Origin: Lama glama
Taxonomy: Eukaryota
Length of the DNA stretch: 64,000 bases
Direction: 5' to 3'
Assembly (NCBI GenBank): GCA_028534125.1
Contig: CM052827.1
Coordinates: 34,782,001-34,846,000 of the forward strand
The translations under genes and the position numbers were made by a program. This document shows, in pieces, positions 48,140-61,379 of the stretch; the first letter of the stretch is position 1, and every line of letters starts with the position of its first letter. The notes below the pieces were generated by a model. That model was not told the DNA's origin. It worked only from the letters and a program-made list of their open reading frames with translations, and did no database searches.

Positions 48140-48500
48140 GTCATCAAACTTGAAGATGGCAGGGAAGAGCTGGGGAAACTAGTGAATGCATTCAGTGACA
48201 AATTCAGGACCCTAAAATACCTTGACAGTAGCACTGTCCAATAGAACTTCTGCACTGATGGAAATGTTCTGTATCTGGGCTAGCCACTATGGTAGCCACT
48301 AGTCACACAGGGCTATAGAGAACTCAAAATGTGCCTACTGTGACTGAGAAACTGGATCTTTAATTTAATTAAAATAGCCACCTGCGGCTAGCTGCTCCTG
48401 TGCTGGACTGATACTGTACCCAGGGCTCTGGGCAGCAACCAACAAGATGATTTTGGGTCAGGATCTGTGTAACCCTTGCATTTGGGTCATAGGAACAGGA
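48140..48500 (+). mobile_element. L3/CR1 LINE RT-region relic split by MER3
   Basis: catcaaacttgaagatggc...agctgggg...ccttgacag / ...accaacaagatga...tgtaacccttgcatttgggt match the CR1 region around the KFADD motif. Confidence 0.6.
48229..48410. mobile_element. MER3 hAT-Charlie DNA transposon
   Basis: gcactgtccaatagaacttctgcactgatggaaatgttctgtatctg...atggtagccactag...aaatagccac...tgctggac. Confidence 0.88.
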
Positions 48501-50592
48501 TAGGGAATTGAAAATGGGGCCCAAGCTGAGGCACTGTGAGCTCGGGCCTCAGTAGGTGACGCCTCTGCAGTTACCTCTAGATGTGGGAGCTGAGATATTA
48601 AATCAGATAAAGGAAGGAGGCAGGGAGTAGGCAGGGCAGAGGGGAGAGGAAGAGCTTGGAAAGTGGGGGCAGGTATAAGATGGGTTCACCTGAGGCCGCA
48701 GTCCCTTGTTTTCTGAGCTAAAGCCCCATAAATGTGAAGGAAAGACATCTCTAGAGAGAGGAGGGCTTGATGCCAGTTAATGGCTCTGCCCAAAGGGAAG
48801 TACCATCCTGTCCCTCTGCCGGGACCCCTAGACTTCTTGTGAGCTGTGTCCACCTCCATCTACATCCTTTTCCTTTGTTTGCTTTGGAGCATCCGGGCAG
48901 CCTGTGACTCCTCCTGGGAACAGGGAAATAAACATCGCTGTAGAGACAAACTCACTTGACTCCACTTACAGTGGCTAACAGCCCATGATTTTCTAGCTCA
49001 AAGGCCCTTTTGCTTCTGTGAGCATTGCCTAAGAAGATCTGGCATGGGAAAAGATGTAGGGAAGCCAAGGGCAATGAAAACTGCTCATGATCAGAAAGAC
49101 TTGGGACAAATCCCTGGTAGGGGCATGGGAGGCGACGCTGAACAGGACAGCCACTGGGTTACCTCAAACAGCCACTCCACTCCTGACTTGCACCCCCTCC
49201 CGCCACACCCAGTGTATTTGCGGAAGCGGTCGCAACAAGAGAAGGGCCTGGACAATTTGCTTCAGGGGGGCATCCTTGCCTTGGGGTTTCAAGGGCTGGG
49301 ATGGGTTTACCCTTTGTCCTCATACTGCCTTGAGTTTGGACTAAAATAGCAGGAAGTAGATAACAGAACTAGTCACAGGGAGACAAGGGCCTTTCCAGGA
49401 AGTCATGCTGACACTTGGGACATTTAACTCTTTTCTTTTCTGTTCTGATCATGGAAGAAGAAATGGGGTACTTGGGAAGTTTGCGAGACACGGTCCTTCA
49501 GGTCCCCACACCACACAGCCTTCCATGTGCACCTGAACCTGGACTGTGGGGCATGAGGGGGTCAGACAAGAAACAGGTGGCCATAGTGCTGTGTACAGAT
49601 CAGTCAGGTTCTTAATTCTGGGAACTACAGTTATGTCAAAAATCCCAGTGGACAGTGGTGGCTGGGGCCAGAGCAGGCCAGCCTGCCTGCCTGATCCCAG
49701 GGAGTCTCGATGATGTAACCAAACTTGGCTGCCCTGTGGGAGGTGACCCCTCTCTGATGGCTGCACATTAGGTGCCACAGATGAGGTAGACATCGGTGAG
49801 GGTCTAGGTCACTGTAGTCTATGGATCTGGAGTCAGTCTGGCCCACCAGGGACCCTGCGGTAGGGTGTATAGAAGCTATTACTGGTGATATGGGCTCCAT
49901 TGTGGCAAAGCCAAGGCCTGTCTGCTTTCCTGCTGGATATAGTGGGCTTAGTCCAATCAGTCTGCCTGCCAGACCCTGCACTTCCGGGCTAAGGGTCAGT
50001 GTAATAGGGGCTGCCAGAGCCAGGCACCAGTCAGAGCTGTGAGGGGGCAAGTTTGTGCTCTGTGCTGGAGCACAGTTGTCCTGAAAAACTCAGCAAGCTT
50101 CTATGTCCGGTGTCCAGGGAACTCTGACTTCCCTGGAAACCTTGGTGCTGGGCTGAATTTCCTGAGAAGGATGTGGCTGAGTTGGGGGATGCTGGGCCTC
50201 AAGGCTACTACACTGATTCCAGGAGAACGGTGGTTTCTGCTCTCAGCAAAAGCTGGAGTTAGGAGAAGGGAGCTTGGGCCATTTGTGATGGGCCTTTCCG
50301 TCCTGGCCTATGCTGTAGCGTCATCAGTTGCAGCCTGTTTGGGGAAGAGGGGGGCCGTGTAGCCCAAGGCTGGCACGGGCCTGTCCTAGTTACCCTTGTC
50401 CACAGTGAGTCTCTATGAGCCCTCTGGGCTGGGCCCTTCCCTGTTCTTTTCCAGATGAAGAACTTGAGGACCAAGGGAGGAAGGAAACTCTTCCTGGACC
50501 AAGGTGTCTGGGGCTGTAGCGAGGAAAGGAATTTAAAGTGGGGCCAGGCTTCCAGTGCGAGTGTAGAGGAGGTGACAGTCAAGGTCAGGTTT

Positions 50593-50727
50593 TTAACTTT
50601 TAAATTTTTATTTATTTATTTTTGGGGGGAGGGGAGGCTTATTTATTCATTTAAAGGAGGTACTGGGGATTGAACCCAGGACCTTGTGCATGCTAAGCAG
50701 GCAGTCTACCACTGAGCTGTACCCTCC
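50593..50727 (-). mobile_element. tRNA-derived camelid SINE (Vic-1-like)
   Basis: Reverse complement ggagggtacagctcagtggtagactgcctgcttagcatgcacaaggtcctgggttcaatccccagtacctcc + A-rich tail; TSD tcaaggtcaggttt (50579-50592) / tcaaggtcagattt (50728-50741). Confidence 0.92.
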
Positions 50728-53559
50728 TCAAGGTCAGATTTGACTCGACAGCAACAGGAACTGCCCTCCCACCCTGCCTGTTGGTCCCCCACCAACATAA
50801 AGCCCACCGCCCACCTGTCCACCTCCCTTTCCCCCCCCTCTCTCTCCCTCTCTCTCTTTCTTTCCAGGAATGCACAGGAATATTTTCCAGAGTGAACACA
50901 TAAGCCTCAGCAGAGCCCCCCGTGGCGCCCCTCTGGCAGTATCAGAGCAGATGCTTTGTCCTGCCTCCCTAGTCACGCTTCTTATCGACTGCAGTGCCCG
51001 GGCCATGGGCTGTGATTCTGGAGCGAGAATCAATTTCATAGATGTCAACATACTAAGAGGGGGATTAATTCAGGCTCTGAGGCTGAGCATGACAGCAATT
51101 TTGGGTCAAGTCCACATTTCATTCCTGAATGGACTCTGGCTTACCTGGCCTTTCCCCGCTCCAGCTCCTCAGTCTTCATTTTGAGTTTACACACTGAGTT
51201 TGGCCACCAGCCTATGCAGAAGCCCTGGGTTAACTTACAATCTTGGGGGCCTTTCCCAACCCCCATCACCTCACTGTTCATTATAAAAGCCAAACAATAT
51301 AGAAGAGAATTTGGAGACACATCATGCAGAATCATGCCCTCTCATAGCAACAGATTCTGTTAGGTTTTTCCCTTTCATCTGGGTCCATGTGTGTGATGGC
51401 TGGACCTGGACATTCTCTTTATGGTCTATTTATTCAATTACCGTTAGATGTGTCTCTGTGTGGCCTTTGAGTCTTCGAGAGCATCATTTCCAGTGGCTGT
51501 AGAATGTCGTGTCAAGTGGGCAGACATGCATTATTTAATCATTTGCCTTCTGTGCATGTTATTGCTGGAAGCCAGGTCACCTGACCTAGTTTTGGTTCAT
51601 AACACATATTTGCCAGTCCCTGTGCAGGGAGGTGCAAAAGTGGGGCCAGTGTTCAGATGCATCTATTCATAAAACATTTATTAACTGTCAGTTAAAGGCA
51701 AGAAACTGTACCAGGAGAGGACAGGGTTTGGGGGAGTAAGAAAATGTGGCCCTAGAGCTTGAGAGCCTGACTGGGGCAAGGAGACAGACCCCAAGGTCTC
51801 ACGTGATGGGGGGTGGGTATTAGGGCTTCTGATCCCCAGAGAAGTTAGGATATGCCTGTTTCTGAGAAACAAGGTTCTCAAATAACTGAGACTTATCTTT
51901 TAGACATAAATGTATCCCCATTTATTTATTACTGATGATAAAGTAGTAAAGTTTGGGATTAATTTACCTTAAAAAAAACTGAGTTGGAATTCTAGGGGCT
52001 TTTCCTATAATAACTTGCATTCCAGTCATATGCCTTCTGATGTTTCTTTCTTTCTTTCTTTTTTTTTCCTTTTGATGTTTCTTAAGCGGGAGGAGAAGGG
52101 ATATGGAGGTGGAGCGGTACTTGGGGGAACTGCGGGAAAACTGGAACTCTCATCTGTCATGTGCCTGGGCCGGGGTGGGGAGGCCGAAAACCAGTGTTTG
52201 ACATGAGAATAATAGTAACTGCTGTTTACTGAGCTCCTGCTTCAAGACAGACACTGTCTTGAAGGGAACATGATTTTCTTTACAACAGTATTTTATGGTA
52301 GGATTGATTCTCTTCTTGCTTAAGAAGAGGAGTTTGCAAATTTGAAAAGTTAAATGACTTGCTACAGATCACTTCTCAGTATCTCTTCTCCAAAACTAGG
52401 TAGCTGCATAGTAATTTATGAAACACTTTTTCTAAGGAGTGGTCTCATGCAACTTTGCCTTTCAAAATAAAGTGGTAACTGGATAGCAATCTAGACCTAG
52501 GAATGCAAGGGAAATTATACGGAATAATTTTAGAAAGCTCTCTTAAAGTAATTAACTTTCCAATAAGAGTATGTACTTAGAGCTGAAATTGGTAAGCATG
52601 TATGTTTAGAATTAGTACTTAAGTTTATTTTGGTCATTTTGAAAAGAAATTGTACCTTTAAATTAACATACCACATCAGTGGGCCAACAACCTAATCTCA
52701 TCCTTACTCTTTTTTGCGGGTAGATTAAAGACGTTAGGGTATTTACAGACTTTCTACTCTGCCTTGAAAAGTCCGGAGGCCAGACCAGAAACCACTGACC
52801 GGCAAATCTCAGTGGAGGACCAGAGTCTGTGCATTGAAGCAGTGGCTTAGATTTGTGTGGTGGGCAAAGAATTGGAGGGACCCGGCTGAGCATTCCCAGA
52901 TCCAGCCTGGGCCTGATTTTTAACGTTTGACTTTGTTGTTTTTCTTGATTACTGCTGCAACCATCATTCATTGTCCCGTAAGTCAGAGCTATAGGTTTTG
53001 TTTTCAAACAGTCTAGAGAGGGCCTTATTCAAGGTAATGATTTATTTTGATTCTTTCATGGGAACTTCTACGTCTGACTGTGGATGACTAACCGCTCTCA
53101 TCACTACCACTTGGGGCATACTGCCCCTGAGGCATGGGGTGACATCCAGTCCGCAGGCTGAGGTACACCTTTGAAACTTTGTGATCAGTTTGGAGCTGGA
53201 GATAAATTCGGGAGTTCTTGGCAAATAGAGGGGAGCTACAAATCTCTATGAGAGGTGAGGTCACCAGGGGTGTGGGCAGAGTGGGGAAGGCCTAGGATCT
53301 GTCCTAGGGCAACCACACTAGAGCTGCCAGTGGAGGGAGGGAGGTTGAAAGGCGCAGTAGAAGAGAGGGGAGCTGAGCTGGGAAAACACAGCACCTCTGG
53401 GCAAAGAAGCAGAGGGTTTCAAGAAAGGAGTGATGGGGAGGGCCTGCTGAAGCCAAAAAGCCCTGGCTGTGTGCAGCCTGCTAGAATTCCTGTCTGCTGC
53501 TGCTGTTTGTTAAATTTTACCCACACCTTAGAAATTATAAATCCTGTGCTATGAGGATG

Positions 53560-54620
53560 TCTTACTTCTTTTTTTTTCAGTTGTTTCTTTAGTCATGGAA
53601 TATTATAAGATCATTAAAGAACATTTGGAAGAAAATATGGCAAGAAATTTTTTAAATACTTAATTTCTACCCTTTCTGAATACACCAAATGTTAGCATTT
53701 CAGTATCTTTTCTTCCAGTGGCTTTCAGTCGTTTAGAGTTTTAAAAATTATAACTATCTTGTAAATATAAATTTGTACGCAATTTAACATTTACAGCATA
53801 AACATCAATCTATGATTGGTCTTTTAGAACATGGCAAACATCTTCAGACTGGTACAAAGTTCAGCACCCACCTTTTAATTCAATCACTTTCCTTTCAGCA
53901 CTCCTTTCTGTTATGTATATTTTGGCTGCTTGATGTCGGGTACTGACAGTAGTATGTAGAATGATGCCCAAAACTGCCTTCATCTTGTATTTCTAATGGT
54001 AACAGGTTTTGCCTTAAGTATTTTGATGCTAAAATACTGAGTGTACAAGTGTTCGGAACAGTTAGGCTTTCACAGTTGCTCCTACGAATATAAAATTACC
54101 CCTTTCATCCTGCTTGACGCTGCTTATTGCCTTAACCGGTGCTTTGTCCTATGGAGTCACTCGCCCTTTTTCTTTTGTTTGTGTTTATCTGGTATAGCTT
54201 TGCCTACCTGGAGTCAGTTTTATTTTAGGTGAATCTCTTGTGTTAATTTAATCTGGAAACTTCTGTCTTCTAGCAAGGGAATGGTGAAAGCTTACAGTTA
54301 TAGTCCTAATAATTTCAGGTGGCCTCCTGTCATCTTGTTTGGTGTATTCTGTGTTTCCCTTCTTTCCTGCCTTTTGAGCCATAGCTGATGGTTTCTTTTA
54401 CCTTCTGCAGTGATTTGGAAGGGAGACATCCTGTTCCTTACTCCGCTGATCTGCATTCTGCAGACACCAATGGATGTTTTAATTTGTGTCTGTGTCCAGT
54501 TTGTAAGCAGCTCTGCTTATCTCAGCCACGCCTTTCTCATCTCCTTTGGTGGAGGTGACATCCTTTGCAGAAGTGTTTTAAAGGCCCTCTGTTGATTTTT
54601 CTGTGTTTGCTGACTCTGGG
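53560..54620 (-). mobile_element. Degenerate L1M fragments
   Basis: AT-rich block with motifs such as ttttaggtgaatctcttg...aatctggaaacttctgtcttc typical of old antisense L1. Confidence 0.5.
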
Positions 54621-55334
54621 AAGGGAGTCCTGTGTAGCTGGAGCAGGACTGCTGAGGGCCTCTCTCCGGAGGAGGTGCCTTGTGCTTCCTGTGGGATGAA
54701 GGGACCATCTAGGCTCCAGCCTGAGCAGGAGTGTGTTTGGTGATGGTGACAGCGGAGGCAGGAAGTGTCATTACTGCTGCCCCTGTAAGCCCCAGGAAGA
54801 GGTCCCTGTGGATCTCAGCTGAGAAAAGCAGCCTGAGAAGACCTGGTCCCAGCTGGTGGGGCTGAGGTCTCTGCAGAGAGAGGGTCCCAGGGCTAAGGGA
54901 CTAGAGGGAGGGTGCTGGCTCTGGCCTAGACAGGTGGTTCATGCCTGTCAGTCTCAGGTGTGACAATTCCTGGGCACATGAATTATTTTAAAATAAGCTT
55001 TGTAAGACTTGTAAATGGAATTTCAGTGAGGGCTTTCTCAGGGCCTCCATTTGTCTCTTAACCAGGTAATGCTCCCATATATTGTATATTAAATCTCTCT
55101 CTATGGGGCAATTAACAGATGTAAATGACTTGTGTACATTTAAACACTCTGGCACTTTTTTCATTTATGCAAGATAGTTGCTCCTCTGTAGCCCTTAACA
55201 CAGAGGTGCCAGTTCTGTGGCACACCCACTGACAGGGGAGGGCTGGGGCCTGGGAAAGGCAGGTGGGGGTGCTTGGGGAGGACAGCCCAAGAAGGTCTCG
55301 GCGGGGAGATAGGCTGAGTTCGGTTTTGCTGCCA

Positions 55335-55445
55335 TATTTTTTGCTTTTCCCAGCTTTATGGAGATATTAACCACATACAACATATGTAGGTTTAAGGTGT
55401 ACAGTGTGCATATTGCAAAATGATTATCATAAGGCTTCACCATCT
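55335..55445 (-). mobile_element. L1MA/MB 3' end
   Basis: cagctttatggagatat...tttaaggtgtaca...atattgcaaaatgattatca. Confidence 0.75.
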
Positions 55446-58400
55446 GCCGGGCCTGAGAAGCAGGGATGAGGCTGGCCTGCCACCAGCAGTCCTCTGCCTG
55501 ATGAGGCCAAGGCTTTCCCAAGAGTATCCACAGGTCAGATGACCAGCTGGTGAAAAGGGCGGGGCATGCACTGGTCTGAACTTTGACAGGGCCAGCCTGG
55601 CTCCAGGGGAGGACAGTGAGCTAAATAGTTCCTCAGGAGAGCTAGACCATTTCCACTGTCTCCAAAGGCTGACATCTCACAAACACCAAGTTCCTCTGGG
55701 GCCAGCGCCTCAGCTGATCCTCTGGGAAGTCTTGGAACATTTCAACCAGAATCAAGAGGTAGCATCACCAGGGTCCTGATAAGCAGGTGCCAAGGAGGCC
55801 TTGGGGCTGGGACAAAACCAGGCCTGGCCACCAGAGTCAAGGTCATCACACTAATCTGCCTGCTGCTCTAGGCCCACATGGTCAGGATGGCCACTGCCAA
55901 GCCCTTGGAGCACCAGACAAGGAAACTGAGGTCCAGAGATGTAGATGTTACAGCCAAGGTCATTCAACAGCCCAGTTCCTTACAGTGTTTCAAAATATTC
56001 CCACCCATTTGCTTTTCTCCTTCTATGTGTGTTGGTATAAACCCTCTGACTCAGGTGTTAACGTCCAGAACTAACACATATGAATGTGTGCGTATTCCCC
56101 TATCAGAGTGAGTCATTCCTCCTCTGTTTCCAGTGCTCTCGCTCATCCCTCCATCATGCCATTTATCTTGCTGCTCTGGAATTATCTGTGTGTGCCCTCC
56201 TCACAGGAGTGAGTACCTAAGGGCAGGGACTTTGTCCTTTTCTTTGTATACAGTAGGCATATATGAATTTTGTTAAATGGATGTCAATTAATTCACAACT
56301 CTCCATTCCACATAGGTTACAGTGGCTTAGTCCTATTAATTGAGCAATCCTTCTATAATCAATTAATTAGAAACTATATTCTTCAGAAGGTTAAGAACTG
56401 AAAAACTGTGCTTGGCTTAGCGTGCTATGCCAAAGGGGAACAGGGCAACTGGGGCCACATGCTTCTGGTGCCCCTTGTGGCAACATACTCTAATTGCAGG
56501 CAAAGGGTGTCAAGAGTGAGTCTTTCAAACAAAGCATGTAACAGGAAAACATTTTCGCTGAATATGTGCAACAAGCTTCTGAAATACACCAGCCTCTGTC
56601 TCCTTTGTCCTCACTCTGCTACCCCAGATTCCATAGCTGCACCATAGCTGCTCAGATTTAACATGAGATAAGGTTGGCAGTATTTTTAAGATCTCAATTT
56701 GGCTCACCTGCTGGGCTACAGGGTGAGGCCACATCTGTGAAACATCATGAAGTGAACATGTTCACCACTTCCTACTATGTACTCTGTGTTCTATTTTAGA
56801 TTTAGCTAACCACCTAAGGACAGGGTCCGTGTCTTACGCACTTCCATCTCTCCAATACCTGGTACAGGGCTTAACACCGAGTAGATGCCAGGTGCTCAGC
56901 TGTGAACACTTGCTGAGCCCCTACCCTGTGCCAGAGGAGGGATTCTTTGCCTGAGGCGATCACATGAATGTCTAAGAATTGGCATGTCAGAGCCTTGGGG
57001 CAAAATGGACCTGGCTCCTAAGCTGCACTGAATTAAACACAGCTCTACTTTCTGATGCCCAACCATTTGAAACAGCCATGCCTTTATTACTATTCTGATT
57101 TCTCAGTTTGATTTTATTCTTCGGAAGTCACCATTCCAGTCTGTTGCGTTCAGTGTGTGCTGACGTACATTAATCATTACTGGGGTCAATGGCCAGATGA
57201 GCCCTTAACATTCCATTACCAAGTGTTTGTCATTTCTCATTAGTGATATGTTTATAATCACTCAGGACTTATCCCTGGACAACTTGTCAAATCTGTGTGG
57301 TCTTGTCAACCCATGTATTTATCTTTCCAGAAATGTGGAGGGCATCTGGAAACCTAGCATGACTTTCCAAAGAAAACGCAGGGCAGCACCATGATCTCTT
57401 TCATCTTCTATCATTTTGCACATCAAAACTCCCACTTTACTCATCAAGGGACTCTCTCATAGCTGTGAAGTTTCCCTCCCCACTGCTTCACATCCTTCAC
57501 AGAACTGCAGGTGCCCCTTGGAAGAAGGGCGGCATCTGTGTCCCTCTCCCTTCCTGCCTTTATTTTCCATTGTTATTAGAAGCGTAGCCATGGAGAGAAA
57601 TCTGGTGGTCAGTGGTAACTGCAGCCATTAGAGAAGAGTTTCCTAATCAGCCTAAGGAGAATGGGGTTTGGTTTCCAGTCCTTGCAGTTTGCAGAGAAAT
57701 AGCAGAACAAATTCAAGATGGCAAGACCAGAAAAATTCCCTTTTGTGAAACAAGCTCTCTGTAGGGGAGCAGGGGCCCCTGATTGACAGGTGCTGCATCC
57801 AGAAATGCTGTGGGATTTGCAGTGACCCCGACTCAGGCCTTCACAGCAGCCACCCTGGGAGGTAGCCACTCAGGGGTGTCGCTGGAGAATCATGAGCCAA
57901 AGGATAATACTGCCTGTCTCCCAGAGCACAGAGAAAAGGTCTCAACCCAGGGGGCAAGACTTCTGCCTCCTCCATCACAGACAGAGCCTTCCTAAGCTTC
58001 TTGACTGGATTTGGACAGTGCAGCTGTGCTTGGCATCTGTGCTTCCTGGCAGCTCATGCTGCCTGCCCCTTGACACAGGCAGTGATCCTTGTAGCAGACC
58101 TCCCACCCTTCTACTGCCTAGGGCTTTTGTGAAAACCAAATGAGAGAAAAGTCTTTGCACCTTCTCTGAAGAGCAAAGAGCACTGGTAGAAATGCTGGAA
58201 GGTGGTGCTGTCTGGCCACACCCTCCACAAGCTCTGGCTTTGGGCAAGCTTGGTGGGCATGCTCCATACTGCACCAAAATGCTCCCATTTGGTGAGATAG
58301 CCCAAACTGGTAGTTTCAGATTTCATATCCCTTTCTTCACCTATGAACTTTTTTTGTTTGTTTGTTTTAGCTAACAGTTGTTAGCCAAAGCTTTCTAAGC

Positions 58401-58662
58401 CCTTCTTTCCAAACATCTATTTCCAACTGAAACCCTCTTCTCCATTTCAGGGCTCCCAGAATATACCACTGGCATACCCAGCACTGTTCATTTGGTGACA
58501 GCTTTTCTCTGCCTTTCCTGCCCACCCTCTTTACCCTCCAGAACCTCTCCATATTGTCCCACCCTTGAAGACCAAGTAGAAGACCTCTCCACAAGCTGAC
58601 CCACAAATCACCTTGCCCTCCTTCAAAATAAGTTCTTGGGTTCCTGCTAACCTTAAATTAGG

Positions 58663-58880
58663 GAGGCAGTGATCCCAGTGGTTAACAGCAGGCTCTGCAG
58701 TCAGACTGCCTACCTCCTACTGCCTATGTGACCTTGAGCAAGTTACTTGAAGTTCCTGAGCACTGCTTTCCTCAGCTATAAAACAGGGATATAACAACAG
58801 CTCTTTTGTGCATATAGAGGGCCGAGCACAAAAATGCCTCATGCACTGTAAGCACTCAGTAAAGGAGGGTTAGTATTATC
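58663..58880 (+). mobile_element. MIR SINE
   Basis: gtggttaacagcaggctctgcagtcagactgcct...tgtgaccttgagcaagttact...taagcactcagtaaa. Confidence 0.8.
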
Positions 58881-58899
58881 TTAAGAATTTTCTTTATAT

Positions 58900-59075
58900 G
58901 TTGCCATATAATGGCCACAAGAGCCCAGGAAAAGTAGATTCTATTGCCTCAGATGAGGAAAATGAAGCTCAGAAAGGTTAAAATGCTTGCCCCAGGCCAC
59001 ACACATTTGGTGATGAAGCTGAGATTGAGACTCAGTTCTGTCTGGTTGGGATCCACAGCTTCCCCACTGCACAAC
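58900..59075 (-). mobile_element. MIR SINE
   Basis: cagatgaggaaaatgaagctcagaaaggttaa...cttgccccaggccacaca. Confidence 0.75.
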
Positions 59076-59950
59076 CAACCTGCCTTAATTAGGCCTCCTG
59101 TGGTTACTGCAGCGCTTGTTTCCTTGGTTCACACTGCATGTGGGCATCTCTCCTCTCCCAGTAAGGCTCTGGGCTCCTCCAGAGCAAGGTTTCTCAAAAC
59201 ACCCCTACCCAGCTATGTACCATTCAGCCTTTGTTGAGTGAGAAAGAGTGAATGGATAGGAAAAAAGCACTTCAAGACCAGACTCTATCCCAAAAGAACT
59301 TAGCCCTGGTACTTAAGTCCTGGGAAGTCAGGGGCCTCTAAACAGAACCAGGGGTGAGCCCACCTTCATGCTCTTTCCTACTTCAATCCATGCACCACAC
59401 TTTGACCCAGAATAGCTGACCATGTTTCTATCCTAAAACACTTCCAGGGATCTCTGCTCTTCCTGAAGACTAGTCTGTAGTAAGGAGTTTGGTTCCAAGA
59501 CGCTGTTAACATAAGTCTTCACTGAGCTTAACATGGATTTCTTTGATCCAGAAGGCAAACTTTTGGAAAAGAGAAGGTCAAGGACTGCAATGGTGTGTCA
59601 GAGCTGTGCGGGGAAGGGACCACAGGCCACGTTCTCCTGGGGCTCTGGTTTCTAGATTTCTGTCCCTTTATTTTTAGAGTAAAATCACATTAAAGTACTC
59701 TAAACACTAAGATCAGAATGTCAGAACTTCAGGATAAACATGACAGAACGATGCCCATTTTGCTGCTTGCCTCATTGTCCCAGGGAAAGAGCCGCCCATG
59801 TGTTCATGGGACAGAGAACCTGAAAAGTGGTGTGGCGTGCCCCAAGTTACTGAACCCCTACATTTTGGTGTAGACAGACACACTTGATCAAATGAAATCA
59901 TCCTTTCAACCTTAAACCGAGCAAGGATGAGGAATGAAGCAGAGGGACTG

Positions 59951-60006
59951 TAAAAATAAAGAAAGAAAGAAAAGAAAAGAAAAAGAAAAACAAAACAAAA
60001 CAAAAA
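59951..60006 (+). repeat. A-rich simple repeat (AAAG/AAAAG/AAAAC)
   Basis: Direct reading. Confidence 0.85.
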
Positions 60007-60059
60007 TGGAGATCCTGAACAGAAAAAATTTCTATTAGAGAACACCTGAAATCACATTT

Positions 60060-60280
60060 AGTCATAGCTCCCATTTTTTGAGTGCTTACTATGTACCAGG
60101 TGTTTTATTTGCATTATCTAATTGAATCCTCACCATAACCTGCAAGAGAAGTTGTACTAGCTCCATTTTACAGAAAAGGAAACAGATTAAGTATCTTGAT
60201 CAAGGCCAACCAGTGACAGAGAGGCTTTGACCTTGCATATATCTGGCTCCTGTTCAGTGTCTTTCTCCTAGACTACAAGG
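60060..60280 (-). mobile_element. MIR SINE
   Basis: tttgagtgcttactatgtaccagg...aatcctcaccataacc...ccattttacagaaaaggaaac. Confidence 0.75.
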
Positions 60281-60649
60281 CTCTCATTTCCCCAAGGAAT
60301 CTCAGAGTCCAAGAGACTTAAAGCTCTTGGGTTATCTGTTATAAGCACCCTCTAATCATCCTCTTCCTCAACTCATTAGCAGAGGTCAAGACCTGTGTAT
60401 AATTCACTTAGCTAATTTGTTTATGTATGCTTATGTAAAGGGCTTGAGTTCTTAGTATCATTAACTGCAAGCAAGTTGGGGCCATATCAAAGTAATTCAT
60501 GAACTTATACCTGCAAGTGTTTTCAACCATAGTAAATCTTAAACCAATGGTAAATCTTTTGCTCGATTTATCTAAGAATTGTCTGCTTGTTCTCCTTCCT
60601 GTTGCCTCTCTCTTGTAAGAGTCTATTAGCCTCTTCTGAAAATAATTGT

Positions 60650-60780
60650 TGAGTAAAAAGAAGTAAAATTAATTTTAATATCTTTTATTTAACTCATGTA
60701 TCCAAAATGTTATTTTCACCTGTAATCAATATTAACATTATTATTAAATTTAATATTAACATTATTATGAGCTATTTTAT
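60650..60780. mobile_element. MER33-like hAT-Charlie fragment truncated by the gap
   Basis: aaattaattttaatatcttttatttaac...tatccaaaatgttattttcacctgtaatcaatat. Confidence 0.7.
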
Positions 60781-60912
60781 NNNNNNNNNNNNNNNNNNNN
60801 NNNNNNNNNNNNNNNNNNNNNNNNNNNNNNNNNNNNNNNNNNNNNNNNNNNNNNNNNNNNNNNNNNNNNNNNNNNNNNNNNNNNNNNNNNNNNNNNNNNN
60901 NNNNNNNNNNNN
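60781..60912. other. Assembly gap (132 N)
   Basis: Run of n. Confidence 1.
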
Positions 60913-61029
60913 TCTCCTTTTCCTACATCTAATTGTTTCTATTTCAACTTTAAATTTAGGTTTTGCATTAGAATTGACTCATAAAAGGCTATGTTAATGG
61001 AAATGTACCCTTTGGATAATTTAATAAAC

Positions 61030-61212
61030 AGCAGCATTTTAGGACAGTGGAAAGAATATGACTTAGGAGTTATAAAACTTGGGTTCTAATCTCCATCCTC
61101 ACCACTAAGTGGGGCTGTGGCCAGTAGCAACCCTCAATTTCCCTCGGCCTCTTTCCTCATGTTAAAAAAGAGATGATGGCTTATGATTATTAAGTTTCTT
61201 TCCAGCTCTAAG
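61030..61212 (+). mobile_element. MIR/MIR3 SINE
   Basis: cagtggaaagaatatgacttaggagt...gggttctaatc...tttctttccagctctaa. Confidence 0.7.
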
Positions 61213-61289
61213 AAACAGCTTACAGCACCCATCCTTTTCAGGATTTCTGCATCTGTTTCCTCTTTCCAGTCAAGATTTTGGTATGACAG

Positions 61290-61379
61290 GGCTCATCCCA
61301 AGTTTGAGCAGTATCCCCTGTGCCTAGCTCTGTGCCTGGCACACTATGGGCACAAGAAATGTTTGCTGAATGAATGAAT
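61290..61379 (+). mobile_element. L2 3' terminus
   Basis: gtatcccctgtgcctagctctgtgcctggcaca...aaatgtttgctgaatgaatgaat. Confidence 0.8.

Noticed and set aside
50915-50940. CTCF-like site (also 63106-63120)
   Set aside because: G-run spacing is one base off the core consensus in both cases
59790-60006. AATAAA followed by an A-rich tract suggesting a processed pseudogene end
   Set aside because: No ORF remnant or target-site duplication found; best treated as a simple repeat
60707-60997. ORF spanning the N run
   Set aside because: Artefact of the assembly gap
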